64,000 bases of DNA from Heptranchias perlo (GCF_035084215.1 NC_090365.1:6138001-6202000); one strand, 5' to 3'; numbered from the stretch's first letter, positions 1-13,181 are shown. A program made the numbers and translations. Notes: generated by a model from the sequence alone, not told the origin.

Positions 1-1219
1 TGTGAGATTGCATGGAATCTCATTCACGAGAGAAAACACGACATTTTCATAAGTAGAAGTGAGGGGCGAGAATGCTACATTTTATACACAGGCTTCATTA
101 TTACATTAAAAAGCAAGAGGCTAGTTTTTTATTTCAAACCAGGGCCTTGGTCATCAGATTCCTGTGCATCTGGTTTAGCTGCCATTCACAGTGTAATCGT
201 TGATTTACTAGCACAGCATTTCTGTTGCTTTATACTAATTAAAAATGTTTTCTACAACGAAAACATTTCTCTTTTGATAGCTAATAATCTGTCAGTGTGG
301 GTCTAATTCGATAGCTCATTGAAAGAGCCGGCACAGGTAAATTGGGCCGAATGGCCTCCTGTGCTGTAAGATTCTATGATAAGTTAAGACTGGACCCTCG
401 GGCATGTGTCGACACTGGCAGAGGCCCCGGGAGCAGATGCAGGGAATCCCCGCGTACGTGAAAATCGGGTCCCTAATTAACACTAGTCCATTTGGTTGCT
501 ACAGGAGTGCAGCACACTGGAATAGTCTGCACCAGTCTGATGGAACCTAGGTTACAGCAACCCACTAAACCGAGTTCCCAATCTCAGCCGCATCTCCCGG
601 GGTGCTGAATGGAGAGATAGACAGCTATAGGAGAGAGATAGAAAGACAGCGAGAGATAGATATACACAAACATCTTTTTCTCTCATCTCTTGAAGGCTCT
701 GACCCATATTGGGATTAGATTCCTCAGGTGCCTGCAGCCCTCCGATACCCGGTACAAGGACCATTCCTCCCCTGTGAGCTTAGTGAGACTTTCGACGAGG
801 GGGAAGGAGCTTCACAACTGTGCCAGATCCTGTCCTTACCCACGTGCATCTGAACACGCAACGTAATTCCAGCACAATGAATACCTGGAGCAGGAATCAC
901 GCCTGGCTCAGGGGCAACGAGGCAAACCGCAGGACTATAACAACCTCCCTGGTTGAGGGAATCTCACCGAACAAGAAAAAAAAAGAGGATGGCAATTGAA
1001 ATAACAACTGGTATCTTAAGATGCAGAGAGCACAGGATTAGATCCTTGTCCCTTCCCTCCCAAACCTCGAACATGCTGCCATGGGCTAGGAGAATCACTG
1101 CTAGTGTCCAGGAGTCCACTACACAGCAGCACTTACAGTTCTAAGAGCAGATCGGCCACTCCCAGACACATACCAGAAAAGGTCCGGCGTGCAGAGGAAG
1201 TAACAGCAGCAGCACTTAC

Positions 1220-1340
1220 ACAAGGCAGCTGAGGTCAGCAAGGTCATCAATGAAGTCAAAGAGTTGGCTAATGTCGTACGTGATGGATGGACTGTTTGGG
1301 TTCATTCTCTTCAAATGCTCTTCGAACATTTTGCAGACAC
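1220..1340 (-). CDS. ERH: ERH-family gene, coding exon 3 (121 nt)
   Basis: Reverse strand reads (G)[39 protein letters not shown](V), matching enhancer of rudimentary homolog residues 31-71. Flanked by ctctccag acceptor and gtaagt donor. Final exon (YRADTQ...) not seen in the window. Confidence 0.95.
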
Positions 1341-1666
1341 CTGGAGAGGAACAAATGCAAACACTAAGTGAGCCACAATACATTTTAACTTTAGTTTCAA
1401 GTCAGTAAGTTGACCCTCTAGAACAGCAAGTTCTCAAAGGGGAAAACACAACAGACGCCCTGCATTCACCCCACCCCACCCCCCCGAGCCACCTTGTTGC
1501 ACATCAGAGCGAGCAGAAGTCTGCCACAAATCATTTGCTAGTTTTCTCAAAAGGAGAATGATTGGCCAGGGGGTGATAGAGGAGAGACCACAAGAACAAA
1601 TAAAAGCAAAGAAAATTAGAGCAGGAGGAAATCACCACACAAAACAAAGCAAACCCAGGTAAACCT

Positions 1667-1830
1667 ACAACAATTTGCATTTATATAGCGCCTTCAACAT
1701 AATAAAACATCCCAAGGTGCTTCACAGGAGCGATGATCAAACGAAGTTTGACACCACCTCACATAAGGAGATATTAGGACAGGTGACCAAAAGCTTGGTC
1801 AAAAGAGGTAGATTTTAAGGAGCGTCTGAA
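1667..1830 (-). mobile_element. L2-like LINE 3' end fragment
   Basis: Same tail (ggcgctatataaatgcaa on -) and body as copies at 2808, 18390, 37650 and 49785. Confidence 0.7.
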
Positions 1831-2347
1831 AAGTCAAATCAATAGCTCAGGATCGATCACAATCGGCACTGATCACAGTAGAGCAGTTACGATTGGCCTC
1901 AGCACCTGTGCTGGGATGGGAGAGAAGAGGGGAAACCAGCCAGCCTTCTTGCTCACTATAGAGTGACTCTGACTGCAATGTTTGTGTACGTGGATATTGG
2001 TTAAGAACCACCGGTTTGGCTGCTAACTCCCCACAGGTGAGCAGCCTGTAGAGTCTCGCATTAAGAATGGACAAGTTACCCGTGGGGTCCTGTGAAACCC
2101 CAACCACAGTGAGAGTTGCCTTGAGGGCCGGTGGGAAATCTGCAAATGCAAAGCAGACTGCTGGACTTTGGTAAAAAGACAGAAGGGTCCAGGCAGTTAA
2201 ACCATTTTCTCAGATACCAACTGACCCAACTCACATTTCCTGTTTCTGAATAGACAGATATAATTGGGCCACAAATTCATTTTAAAATACTGAGATTAAA
2301 ACACCAATAGGTGTTTTCGTACGTAAAGTCTGATCCAAGGGCTGTAC

Positions 2348-2435
2348 CTTCCATACATTCATTGACAGATTCATAGTCTGCGTAGGTCCTTCCTTCTGGT
2401 CGTTTTGTAGGTTGTACAAGCAGTATGGTGTGTGA
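2348..2435 (-). CDS. ERH: ERH-family gene, coding exon 2 (88 nt)
   Basis: Translates [29 protein letters not shown](G); tttcag acceptor and gtacag donor; phases join exon 1 (ATG) and exon 3. Confidence 0.95.
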
Positions 2436-2807
2436 CTGAAATTTTAAAAAATAGGAGAGAGAAAAAAAAAGAGTATTAACAAACTGTAGGACCAGTAGGA
2501 GGCCATTCAGCCCATTGAGCCTACTCCACCATTGTCAGCTACGGCAGTTCAATCTCTTCAATCCCAATTCCCTGCCCTTTCTCCATTCCTCGAAACCCTG
2601 ACTTGCTTTCAATCACCTCAGATGGCCGCCTGGAACAGTCTCACATTCGCCCAACGCTCAGATTTTTTCCTGAATTCCTTTTTAATTGATTTGACTTTAA
2701 ATTCTTAAGATTGTGTCTCTTAGTTCTGGGTTCCCCGATTGGAGGGAAGGATCTTCACAGGGTACCGGGCGAATTCCCGTCACCATTTTAAACCCCTAAA
2801 TCAGAGC

Positions 2808-3720
2808 AATAACTTGCATTTATATAGCGCCTTTAATGTAGCAAATCGTCCCAAGGCGCTTCACAGGAGCGTGTATCAAATAAAAGTTGACACCGAGTCA
2901 CATAAGGAGATATTAGGTCAGGTGCTTGGTCAAAGAGGTAGGTTTTAAGGAGCGTCGTATAGGAACAGGAGTAGGCCATTCAGCCCCTCGTGCCTGCTCC
3001 GCCATTTGATAAGATCATGGCTGATCTGTGATCTAACTCCATATACCTGCCTTTGGCCCATATCCCTTAATACCTTTGGTTGCCAAAAAGCTATCTATCT
3101 CAGATTTAAATTTAGCAATTGAGCTAGTATCAATTGCCGTTTGCGGAAGAGAGTTCCAAACTTCTACAACCCTTTGTGTGTAGAAATGTTTTCTAATCTC
3201 GCTCCTGAAAGGTCTGGCTCTAATTTTTAGACTGTGCCCCCTACTCCTAGAATCCCCAACCAGCGGAAATAGTTTCTCTCTATCCACCCTATCTGTTCCC
3301 CGTAATATCTTAAACTTCAATCAGATCACCCCTTAACCTTCGAAACTCTGGAGAATACAACCCCAATTTGTGTAATCTCTCCTCGTAACTTAACCCTTGA
3401 AGTCCGGGTGTCATTCTAGTAAACCTACGCTGCACTCCCTCCAAGGCCAATATGTCCTTCCGAAGGTGCGGTGCCCAGAACTGCTCACAGTACTCCAGGT
3501 GCGGTCTAACCAGGGTTTTCAGGAGAAACGTTGAGGGGAGGCGGAGAGGTTTACGGAGGGAATTCCAGAGTTTGGGGCCGAGGCAGCTGAAGGCACGGCC
3601 GCCAGTGGCGGAGCGATGGGAATCGGGGATGGACAAGAGGCCAGAATTGGAGGAGCGCAGAGATCCCGGAGGGTTGTGGGGCTGGAGGAGGTTACAGAGA
3701 GAGGGAGAGGGTGAGGCCGT
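2808..3720 (-). mobile_element. L2-like fragment interrupted by a CR1-like LINE 3' fragment (about 2958-3520)
   Basis: CR1 part translates [18 protein letters not shown]...[10 protein letters not shown]...FYTQRVVEVWNSLP (RT C-terminus). Flanks carry the L2-type [16 protein letters not shown] motif and tail. Confidence 0.85.
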
Positions 3721-3799
3721 GGAGCATGGGGGCGACTGAGCCTCATCACCCCGTAAATCAGCTTTTATCCTCAAGTCTCTGCAGTGGGGCTCGGGGAGG

Positions 3800-4545
3800 G
3801 TCGCGGGCCCAGGATCAGGCTTCCCCCCCCCCCCCCGGCCCCATCCTCACCCCAAGCCCGGGCTCAGGCCTCTTCCCCCCCGGCCCCATCCTCACCCCAA
3901 GCCCGGGCTCAGGCCTCTCCCCCCCCCCCCCCCCCCGGCCCCATCCTCACCCCAAGCCCGGGCTCAGGCCTCTCCCCCCCCCCCCGGCCCTAACCTCACC
4001 CCAAGCCCGGGCTCAGGGCTCAGGCCTCTCCCCCCCCCCCCCCCCGGCCCCATCCTCACCCCAAGCCCGGGCTCAGGCCTCTCCCCCCCCCCCCGGCCCC
4101 AACCTCACCCCAAGCCCGGGCTCAGGCCTCTCCCCCCCCCCCCCCCCGGCCCCATCCTCACCCCAAGCCCGGGCTCAGGCCTCTCCCCCACCCCCCCCCC
4201 CCGGCCCCATCCTCACCCCAAGCCCGGGCTCAGGCCTCTCCCCCCCCCCCCGGCCCTAACCTCACCCCAAGCCCGGGCTCAGGCCTCTCCCCCCCCCCCC
4301 CCCCGGCCCCATCCTCACCCCAAGCCCGGGCTCAGGCCTCTCCCCCCCCCCCCCCCCCCGGCCCCATCCTCACCCCAAGCCCGGGCTCAGGCCTCTCCCC
4401 CCCCCCCCGGCCCTAACCTCACCCCAAGCCCGGGCTCAGGGCTCAGGCCTCTCCCCCCCCCCCCCCCGGCCCCATCCTCACCCCAAGCCCGGGCTCAGGC
4501 CTCTCCCCCCCCCCCGGCCTTAACCTCACCCCAGCCCCAGGCCTC
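3800..4545. repeat. C-rich minisatellite (about 45-50-bp unit) in ERH intron 1
   Basis: Tandem ggccccatcctcaccccaagcccgggctcaggcctctc(c)n units with variable poly-C length. Confidence 0.95.
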
Positions 4546-4651
4546 TCCCCCCGGGCCCCAACCTCTCTCTCTCCCCCGCCCGGGCCCTCGGCCTCTCTCT
4601 TTCCCCCCGGGCCCCGGCCTCGATTTCTTTCTCTCCCCCGATATTTCTCAC

Positions 4652-4654
4652 CAT
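4652..4654 (-). CDS. ERH: ERH-family gene, exon 1 coding part (ATG only)
   Basis: Minus strand gcggaaaaaATG|gtgaga: ATG immediately followed by a donor, as in vertebrate ERH, next to a CpG-rich promoter. Confidence 0.85.
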
Positions 4655-4689
4655 TTTTTCCGCCGTTTTTGCCTCACGAGAGAAAAAAA

Positions 4690-4790
4690 AAGGAAACCGG
4701 AAGCTGCGACCTTTAACCCGGAAGCGCCGTGACGTCAGGTCACAAACTTCAGAAACTCAATGAATAAAAGTTTGGAGTAAATTTGCATAA
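4690..4790. promoter_or_regulatory. Housekeeping-type promoter of the ERH-family gene
   Basis: Two CCGGAAG ETS motifs (4697, 4718), palindromic CRE TGACGTCA (4730-4737) and octamer ATTTGCAT (4781-4788) just upstream of exon 1. Confidence 0.7.
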
Positions 4791-4959
4791 AGATGAAAAC
4801 GGTGTTAATGTTTGACATTAAATATAACTTTATACATTGGAAACTTTACTGTTTCAGAGACTTTAGCAACATGATTTTGTAACAAGTTTTTGCAAATTTT
4901 GGGGAGTTTTAGAGACAATAATCCAAATTAATGGTCACTTGAATGAACTAATAAATTTG

Positions 4960-5435
4960 TTAAAGGACTTGTTTGAGTTCTTTGCTGAAGTAACGGAGAG
5001 GGTTGATGAGGGTACTATGGTTGATGGGTATATGGACTTTCAAAAGCCTTTGATAAAGTACCACATAATAGACTTTTTAGCAAAATTAAAGCCCATGGGA
5101 TTAAAAGGACAGTGGCAGCATGGATAGAAAGTTAGCTAAGGGACAGAAAGCAGAGATTGGTACTGAATGGTTGTTTTTCAGACTGGAGGGAAGAATACAA
5201 TGGTGTTGGGACTGCTCTTTTTGATCTACATTAATGACCTGGGCTTGGGTATAATTGGGAATAATTTCAAAGTTTGCAGATGACATGAAACTCAGAAATG
5301 TGGTAAACAATGTGGAGGATAGTAACAAGCTTCAGGAGGACATGGACAGACACATGGCAGATGAAATTTAATGCAGAGAAGTGTGAAGTGATGCATTTTG
5401 GAAGGATGAGGAGAGGCAATATAAACTAAATAGTA
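4960..5435 (+). mobile_element. Degenerate CR1-like LINE RT fragment
   Basis: Remnants of YMDFQKAFDKV and KFADD(T)KL RT motifs with frameshifts. Confidence 0.8.
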
Positions 5436-5937
5436 CAAACCTTTGAATGACTCGGGAATGTCAACTGCCACTCACTGGGCTCAGCTCCCGTTTGTTCTGC
5501 TCCAGCGTAGCTGAGACCCAGGGTAGGAGGAGGAGGAGGGTTAAATAACGACTCGCCATCCTACTGTATCCCTGAGGAATGGCACACAGTGACTCCAGGC
5601 CAGCTGAAGGGAACCAGTATGGGAGATGGGTCAATGCCCGGCCTGAGCTCGCGGTCAGCAGCAGTGACATTCTCAGTGAGGTCGGTTCAGGATCGGACGG
5701 TCTCACTGTCCCCGGGGGTTTCTATGGAAAACTGTGGCAGTCGGACAGCAGACCCCAGCTTCCGGGGTGAGGGTGGGGTATCTCGTTGAACAAATCACTC
5801 ACCCTATTTGATGCCCGCAGACTGAGTCGAGCGCTCAGGTGTGAGAGCTGGTAGTTGGCTCCGAGCACTTCACCAAACACCTTTTTACACAAACACACAG
5901 TGGAAGCTGCTGTCCTGCTCACCTTTATTCAAGAGAT

Positions 5938-6365
5938 GTGGCGTCAGCCGCGGTTCAATGTTTGCACTCTCACCTCTGGGTCAGAAGGTTGTGAGTTCCA
6001 GCTCCATAATCCAGGCTGACACTCCCAGTGCAGTACTGAGGGAGTGCTGCACTGTCAGAGGTGCCGTCTTCTGAATGAGACATTAAATTGACGGCCCCGT
6101 CTGCCCTCTCAAGTGGACATAGAAGATTCCATGGCACTATTTCAGAAGAACAGGGGAGTTTCTCCCCGGTGTCCTGACCAATATTTATCCCTCAACCAAC
6201 ATCACTAAAAAAACAGATTATCCGGTCGTTATCTCCTTTTTGTGGGATCTTGCTTTGCGCAAATTGGTTGCTGCGTTTTCCAAGCACGCTTCAAAAGTAC
6301 TTCATTGGTTGTAAAGCACTTTGAGACGTCCAGAGGGCGTGAAAGGCGCTATAGAAATGCAAGTT
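5938..6365 (+). mobile_element. tRNA-derived SINE with Deu-domain-like core and L2-type tail
   Basis: Core cagtactgagggagtgctgcactgtcagaggtgccgtc...gtgtcctgaccaatatttatccctcaacc, ending gaaaggcgctatagaaatgcaag; at least 8 copies in the window. Confidence 0.8.
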
Positions 6366-7573
6366 TGCTCCTTTAGCAATCAATTGTCCTAAGCAGTAAT
6401 TTTCTTTTGAACCACCAATTTAACCATTAATGGAAATAAAGAGAAAATTCAGTGTATTGTGATTTCCTTTTATTGAGAACACTCAGTGCCTGAGCAGCTG
6501 TACTGTGAAACAGTCTGATGGCTCAGAGGACTAATCACACTGCCCACTGTTAGACAGGTTCCCGCTTCAATCCCAGCTCTGTGCTGCGTTAGGTGATTAA
6601 CTGGTTTGGGACTGGGCTACTACATTTTGAACGATCTCAACTCTCCGATTCATGGTCGATATACTTCCATACAGGATACAGTACAATCGGATAAAACACC
6701 TGGGAATCTCGCTAATGCTTTGCGGCTTCAGTATTTCTTCCAGGGTCGTGAACTTGAGAACTACCATCTGTGCTGCTCTGCGACCTCCCATTGATGGGCC
6801 TGAGGGAATCGGAGCGCATTTGGGCGATGCCGTTCAGCCCATCGAGACTACTTCCCCCATTTTCTTAATCATGGCAGCTCTTTATTTTTTAATCCCAATT
6901 CTTTTCTCCGTATCCCTTAATGCCCTTTTTTCCAAATAAGTCTCTATTTCCCTTTAAACATCTCAATAGATTCTGTACCGATGGACTTTTGGGACAGTGT
7001 GTTTCACAATCTCCCAACCCTTTGTGGGAAAATGTTTCTCATGGATTCACTTTTAACCAGTTAATCCCCATTAGAGGGAATGGACAATCCCTATCAATCA
7101 TGTCATCCGCCTTCATTACTTTAATCGATCAAGTCACCCCTTAACCTCAACTTAATTCCACCGCCCCCCACCCAACCCCGACCCCATTTCCCTCCCACCG
7201 TCACCACCCCGACATCCTCAACACTGCATCTCTCGGTCCTGTGGCCCAGGTGTGCACTGGCTCAACTAGGGATGAATGAATTCGAGGATCGAGCTGCTCG
7301 AGACTGGAACACCATGACCTTGGGTGAGAAGCACATCAGAGCTTTGTTGGGTCACGGTCGGGAGGTGTAGAGTTTTGGTGCTGACACGTGGTGTCCACGG
7401 ACCGGGTGAGGGAGTTAGGTCAATCATTCTCTGCGCCTTACTCTCTCAATCGTTGAGGGAGACAGTGGACAGCAGCCAACAACCAGCAGGGTAGGGAGGG
7501 GGAGCGAAACCTTCACAGGTAACTCTTATGCACCTCTTAACGGCTGAGTAAAGAGAAAAACTGAGAGGCTACG

Positions 7574-7777
7574 TCCCTGGAGTCTCTGCTGGTTTGTCCC
7601 TGGAGTCTCTGCTGGTTTGTCCCTGGAGTCTCTGCTGGTTTGTCCCTGGAGTCTCTGCCGGTTTGTCCCTGGAGTCTCTGCCGGTTTGTCCCTGGAGTCT
7701 CTGCTGGTTTGTCCCTGGAGTCTCTGCCGGTTTGTCCCTGGAGTCTCTGCCGGTTTGTCCCTGGAGTCTCTGCTGGT
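7574..7777. repeat. 23-bp minisatellite, about 9 copies
   Basis: Tandem ccctggagtctctgc(t/c)ggtttgt. Confidence 0.95.
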
Positions 7778-8939
7778 CTGTGACTGGGCCCAGTGGGGTG
7801 GAGCACCGAGAATGCAGACCTCAGTAGCTGAACCACTGACCCAAGTTATTTTACTGGGATAATGTGGGGGTCTGGAGCATTCCTGTGATAGTACGAAGAG
7901 CCTCAGTGTGCAGGACCAGCCCAGGTCCATTACTGCCCCACTTAGTTCATGAACTGAGGCTGCAGCATCTCCCTACTCTGGGGTGGGGTGGGGTGGGGAG
8001 GGGGAAGCCAGAGTCACACACCGGCAGTGCCCAGAGCCTCTTGGTCACTGTCTCCATCGAGGGGCAACAGTCAGAGTGGACACCGGGCCCACACCATGAC
8101 AGCACAGGGGTCAATGCCAGGGGGTCATCCAGGAGGAAAACTACACAAAACAAAGAAATTGTCTTAAAAGTTACCTGTTGGTCTCCACCTGTTTGCAGGG
8201 AGCAGGATTAATCCACACTTTGCCCATCAAACTCTCACTGCCAATCCTGCACAGCGTTAGAACAAATATCCAAGAACATCACAAAATCCAATCAATAGAC
8301 GTTAAATCGCAGGGCAGGTGTGTGTTGGAGATACTGTGTCAGTTATACATTCATCTTATAGACAGCAAACATCTGCCTCAGCTCCGCAGAGAGACACTGG
8401 CTGAGGTTTCTTTCTCCAGATTTTCTGGAGTGAGTTGACACAAGCCAACTGTCTGCCTTTAGTTGTTGCTGGACTGTGGCACATGTCCATTAATCGAGCA
8501 GTTCTTTTGATATTTCATTTAGTGCCTGCCTCTCCCAGGAGCACTCACAAGATCAGTCTGGGTGGAAAAGGCCCTTCGGCCCATTTTATCCCATTTCCCC
8601 ATTACAGCATCCAGCTGTTCCTTCAATGGCCTCAGCTGCCCTCCGTGGCTACAAGTTCCAGCTGTTGACAGGCCTCCAGTTGAAGGAAGACTTCCTGACA
8701 CCCGTCCCTAAAGCTGCCTTTCACGACCCACAGAAACAAAAACCTGATTGTCCAGGTAGGAGTCACCCTGGGCTATGCCCAGATACACCCCCTGAAACCC
8801 TGAACTGCCACAGCATGTTGCATACGGCAACCCCTAACACCGTACAAATCAAACCGGTTCTCAGGTTAGGTTATACGTTGGAACCGAGTGTTTGAATACT
8901 GTTTTCAGATGTCGGTCCAGCATCCGTTCATCTCACGGT

Positions 8940-9415
8940 GTCCGCTGTGGCTCAGTGGGCAGCTCTCTCGCCTCTGAGGCAGAAGGTCTGTGGGTTCAAG
9001 TCCCCCACTCCAGAGGGCTTGAGCCCCAAAATCCAGGCTGACGCTCCCAGTGCAGTACCGAGGGAGTGCTTCGCTGTCGGAGGTGCCGTCTATCGGACAA
9101 CACATTAAACCGTGGGCCCCGTCTGCCCTCGCAGGTGGACGTAAAAGATCCCACGGCCACTATTTTGAAGGAGAGCAGGGGAGCTCTCCCCGGTGTCCTG
9201 GCCAATATTTATCCCTCAAACCAACATCACTTAAAAAGCAGATAATCTGGTCGTTATCACATTGCTGTGTAAGGGATCTTGCTGTGCACAAATTGGCTGC
9301 ATCACAATGACATTGTACATTACAACAGTGACTACACTTCAAAAGTACACCATTGGCTGTAAAGAGCTTTGGGACATCCTGAGGACATGAAAGGTGCTGA
9401 ATAAATGCACATTCT
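8940..9415 (+). mobile_element. tRNA-derived SINE (same family as 5938)
   Basis: Box A tggctcagtgg and box B ggttcaagtcc, followed by the shared core and tail. Confidence 0.85.
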
Positions 9416-9965
9416 TTCAGTGACCTTATTGAGGGCTGTGGAGGAGCAACGTCTTAAAATTCACTGACCAGACACAGAAATTATTTTGGGCCAAACTTTA
9501 GTTTTTGGATCCCTGGCCTGGGCTGAGCAAGTGATTGCAGCCAGCTTTGGGTTGGTGGGGGAGTGGGGGAGGAGGGGCTGAAAGGGGGCCTCCATTCCCC
9601 TTCATCGAGGGAGGCGAGTAAGGCCGGGTTTCCTGCTCCTTATCGCTATCCGATGGCTCCTGAAGGCAGACAGGATCGGGCTGGGCTGTGATGCCCGCCG
9701 CGGTCGAATAGCCCGCCCACGCTCGCTGTCTCGGCTCTCGCGTGAAGAATGGCGGCTCGGGCGAGTTATCAGAGAGCTGCCGGAGCGACAGCAAAAAAAA
9801 AAATCGTCGGGGGGGGGGGGGATTCGAAATGAACCCCAAACTCTGCCCCGTTTATAAATAAGACGAGAAGAGAAAGAAGACAAGTTAAATCCGTTCCTGC
9901 ACATCTGCAAAGCCCAGTTCCAATCCAAACAACTGCTGCCAATCGTCCCTGGTCAAGCAGTGGCC

Positions 9966-11977
9966 TCACTGTCTGCATCTCTTTAGCGATTCGATGTAAT
10001 CAAAGTTTTTGTGCAAGAACATGATCTGGTCGATGTGGTCTGGCAGCAGGGCTGACCTGCAGGGGTCTGCGGTGCTGCTCGAACAAAATAAGGCCTTCTT
10101 GGCAGGGACCGAGGTGACGGGGATGGACAGGTATCGTTTGGCGAGCTTGGCCACAGCTGGGAACCGGTGCTCGTTGCTCCTCCACCAGTCGAAGGGGTTG
10201 GTATTACGTTTCCGCAGGGGCTCGGCCAGGTAGCTCTCCAGTTGCTGGTGAATCTCCGGCATGCGCTCGGTGGGATCTTCACCGAACAGGAGGTCGTACT
10301 CGCTCTGGCGCTGGCTGGGCTTGTGGATCCCCTTGCGGCCGTGGTGCTTGCCGCCCTCGTCGCGTTCCGTGCCGCTGTGCTCGTCTGAGGAGGAGGAGTT
10401 GCAGGACGAGTGCGAGTGAGGACTGGTCATCGTCCTGGAGAGCATGTTCTTCACCTTATTGTGCACCTCGTCCCGCGTGTCGGCGTTCAGGAAGCGAAGG
10501 TCCTTGAATCGAGGATCTAAGAAGGACGCCACGATGGCGGGGCTCTCCAACATCTCATCGTCGTCCGAGAGATGCCATCGCTTGCCGATCTCGGATCGGA
10601 TCTTGGCACTTACTGTTTTCACAATGCAGCCTGGGTCACCATGGTGGTGCATGAGAGCTGTCATGACCCCATGAAGACATGGTATTAAGGAGGACACGGA
10701 GGCGTTGTGCTCCTCACTTAGAAAAGACGATGCGACTTTAAGTGTCTTGAGGATGGGGAGGAGATCCTGGAGAAGTTTCCACTGGTGGTCAGACAGGTTT
10801 TGGACCGTCAGATGGGCGGCTCGGTCCTCTTCCAAAACCATGCTCACTGCCCAACGCAACTCCAGGAGCCTCTCGCACATGTCAAAGGTGCTGCTCCAGC
10901 GGGTGGCCGTGTCCATCACCAACTTGAGCTTCTCTTTGTTCATCTCTTCCAGCTTGCTGTTGAGTTCCAGGCCCGCCTTGGCGCTGTGGTGAAAGTAGTT
11001 GACGATTCTCCTGGCCATGCTCAGGGTGTGTTGGACCTGGTCCACCTGCAGCCCCAGCTTGATGCACAACTGCAGCATGCGACCAGCGCAGCACAGGCTG
11101 CGCCAGCTGAACCGCTCCTGCAGCAGCCGGGCGCTGCCCAGCAAGCTGCTGGCACTGTCGTGCACCACGCAGCTCACCGCCTTACTGGAGATGCCAAAGT
11201 CTCCGATGACCGAGTACAGCAACTCGCCGATGTTGTCCGGTGCCGGGTTGTACTGGGGCATGGTCTTCAGCACACAACGGGCCAGGTGCCAGTTACAGTC
11301 AATGAAATGTGCCACCACGGTGAGGTAAGCCTGCTTGCCCTGTGAAGTCCAGGTATCGGTGGAGAGGGTCAGCGACTGGACAGAGTGCAAGTAGTGCTCC
11401 AGTTGCTGCGTGGCCAGGTTGTATTTGTGTCTCAGGTTGTTAGCTAAGTGCATGCTGGATGGCATTTTATAACTGGGCTCCAGAAAGCCAAGGAGTAACT
11501 TAAAGCCCTCGTCACTGACGAGTGACATGGGCTGCAGGTCTCTGAATACCATGCCCAGGATCAGGTCGCTAACCATCTCGTCTCTTTTCTCGGAGCGGGG
11601 TTTGGTATCGTGCAGCACGAGTTCGGACATGGTCACCGGCTTGTTCTTCTTCAACTCGGGCTCCTGTCCCATGGATTCAGAGGATGAGGACCCTCCGTCC
11701 TGGTACTGGTGGAGGTCGAGCTCGCTGAGATTGTGTTTGCGCCTCAGGTGTTCCCTCAGGCTGGTCGTGCTGTTGTGGTAACACAGCTGCTTCCTGCAGA
11801 GGCTGCACTCCACGCAGCGCTCGTTCAACTTCTTGAAGAAGTCCCAAGCTTTGGACTTTGGTCGGCAGCTGACAGGCGAAGCTCTCTTGTAATTCAGCTC
11901 GCCCCCCCTCCGCCTTCTGGACCCTGCACCCATGCCGGTGGAGAGATTGTAAGACCGCAGGACCATGGAGAGCTCGT
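9966..11977 (-). CDS. Domesticated hAT transposase / ZBED1-ZBED4-like protein, large final exon (BED finger 2, RNase H-like core, hATC domain)
   Basis: BED finger SKAWDFF..C..C...TTSLREHLRRKH; hAT motifs STDTWTS, VVHDSAS, TRWSS, SFLDPRFK, NPFDWW..RFP..AKRYLSIP, MFLHKN. Acceptor ttttctgcag at 11978; stop at 9966-9968. The ORF-track start at 12002 is intronic. Confidence 0.93.
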
Positions 11978-12892
11978 CTGCAGAAAACACAAAAACCAGC
12001 ACTGCGACGTGACATCCCCTTCACAGAACAGTTCATCAAATAATACAGCACAGAAAGAGGCCATTCGGCCCATCGTGCCTGTGCCAGCTCTTTGGAAGAG
12101 CAATCCAATTAGTCCCACTCCCCTGCTCTTTCCCCACAGTCCTGCAAATTTCTCCCCCTTCAAGTATTCACCAATTCACTTTTGAAAGTTACTACTGAAT
12201 CTGCTTCCACCGCCCTTTCAGGCAGCGCATTCCAGATCATAACAACAGTAATATTGTAGAATATTAGCAACCAACTGCAAATTATTCCAGTGAGACCGAG
12301 ATACAGCTCTGGGCCACCTGCAGCCAGCCCCCGCCCCTTCAGCAACCTGCTGCTCCAGATCATTCTGGGCCCCATCGCCAGTCTGCCTGTAGGATGAAGA
12401 CTGGACTGTGATTCGGTGCTGTTCCCTCGCCTTCTCTCAGGGTTATCCCAGCGTTTATAGAGCGTCCTATTTAATGGAACTATTGTTCTGTAGGTTTTCT
12501 TTCCCTGCTGTTGGGAAGTGTCCACAATGGCGTCCGTGTCCCGTGTGGGGAATCGGAGGTGCAGACCTCTGCCCATCACCCTATGTCGGAGCATCCCTGA
12601 CACTGGCCCTCAACAAACAGCGAGTATCAGCGGATCATGCCAGTGGGGTACGGGCACCGAGCCGTGGGGTACGGGCACCGAGCCGTTAATCAGCGAATCT
12701 GTTTTTGTTTGAGGGCAGGATCTTGCTCAGGAAGAATTTATTCCTAATACATCTGTTTGAAATTTGCTTTTCACTGATTTAAATTTCTGGTCGTTCTGTG
12801 AGTTTGAATCCCCAAGGCAGGTTTAGGATTGGAACTGCTGACAAGAGTCAGTGAGATTCAATCTAATACGTCACAGTGTACAGTGACCGTAC

Positions 12893-13075
12893 CTTCAGCT
12901 AATGCAGTGTGGGACTCGCTAACTTCCCCAAAAGGTTGAATTTCCAGCTCTTCGTTCTCCTCTAGTTGAGCTGCACATTCTCTCAGCATGTCCGATATCC
13001 TCTTACTGCTGTGTGTCGCACTGGTTACCTTGAGGGAATGAAGGAACGGAGTCAGTACTTCCTTCAAATCCTGTC
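12893..13075 (-). CDS. ZBED-like gene, internal exon (183 nt, phase 1-1)
   Basis: cccttcacag acceptor and GAAG|gtacgg donor. Open frame (G)QDLKEVLTPFLHSLKV...HTALAE(D) joins the last exon in frame. Confidence 0.7.
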
Positions 13076-13181
13076 CTGTGAAGGGCAGAAAGGGGCTGCA
13101 GAGTCCATACACTCTCATCTCAGAGCCCCTCATGGAGGGAGGGAGTGGCAACTGTGTCATTTGGCGAGTTCCACAGACCAC

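Noticed and set aside
6597-6794. Protein-like ORF on - (…IRLYCILYGSISTMNRRVEIVQNVVAQ), briefly considered as a GCH1-like exon
   Set aside because: Better explained as a very old L2 RT remnant (SRLDYCNSLLYG..LQLVQNAAAR-like); lacks GCH1 catalytic motifs and splice support.
8940-9010. tRNA gene (box A/box B motifs; also at 54875 and 22170)
   Set aside because: Boxes belong to SINE heads continuing into the shared SINE core; no full cloverleaf.
9966-12002. Active autonomous hAT transposon
   Set aside because: Catalytic Glu and CxxH His substituted, upstream spliced exons present, no TIR or 8-bp TSD found by eye.
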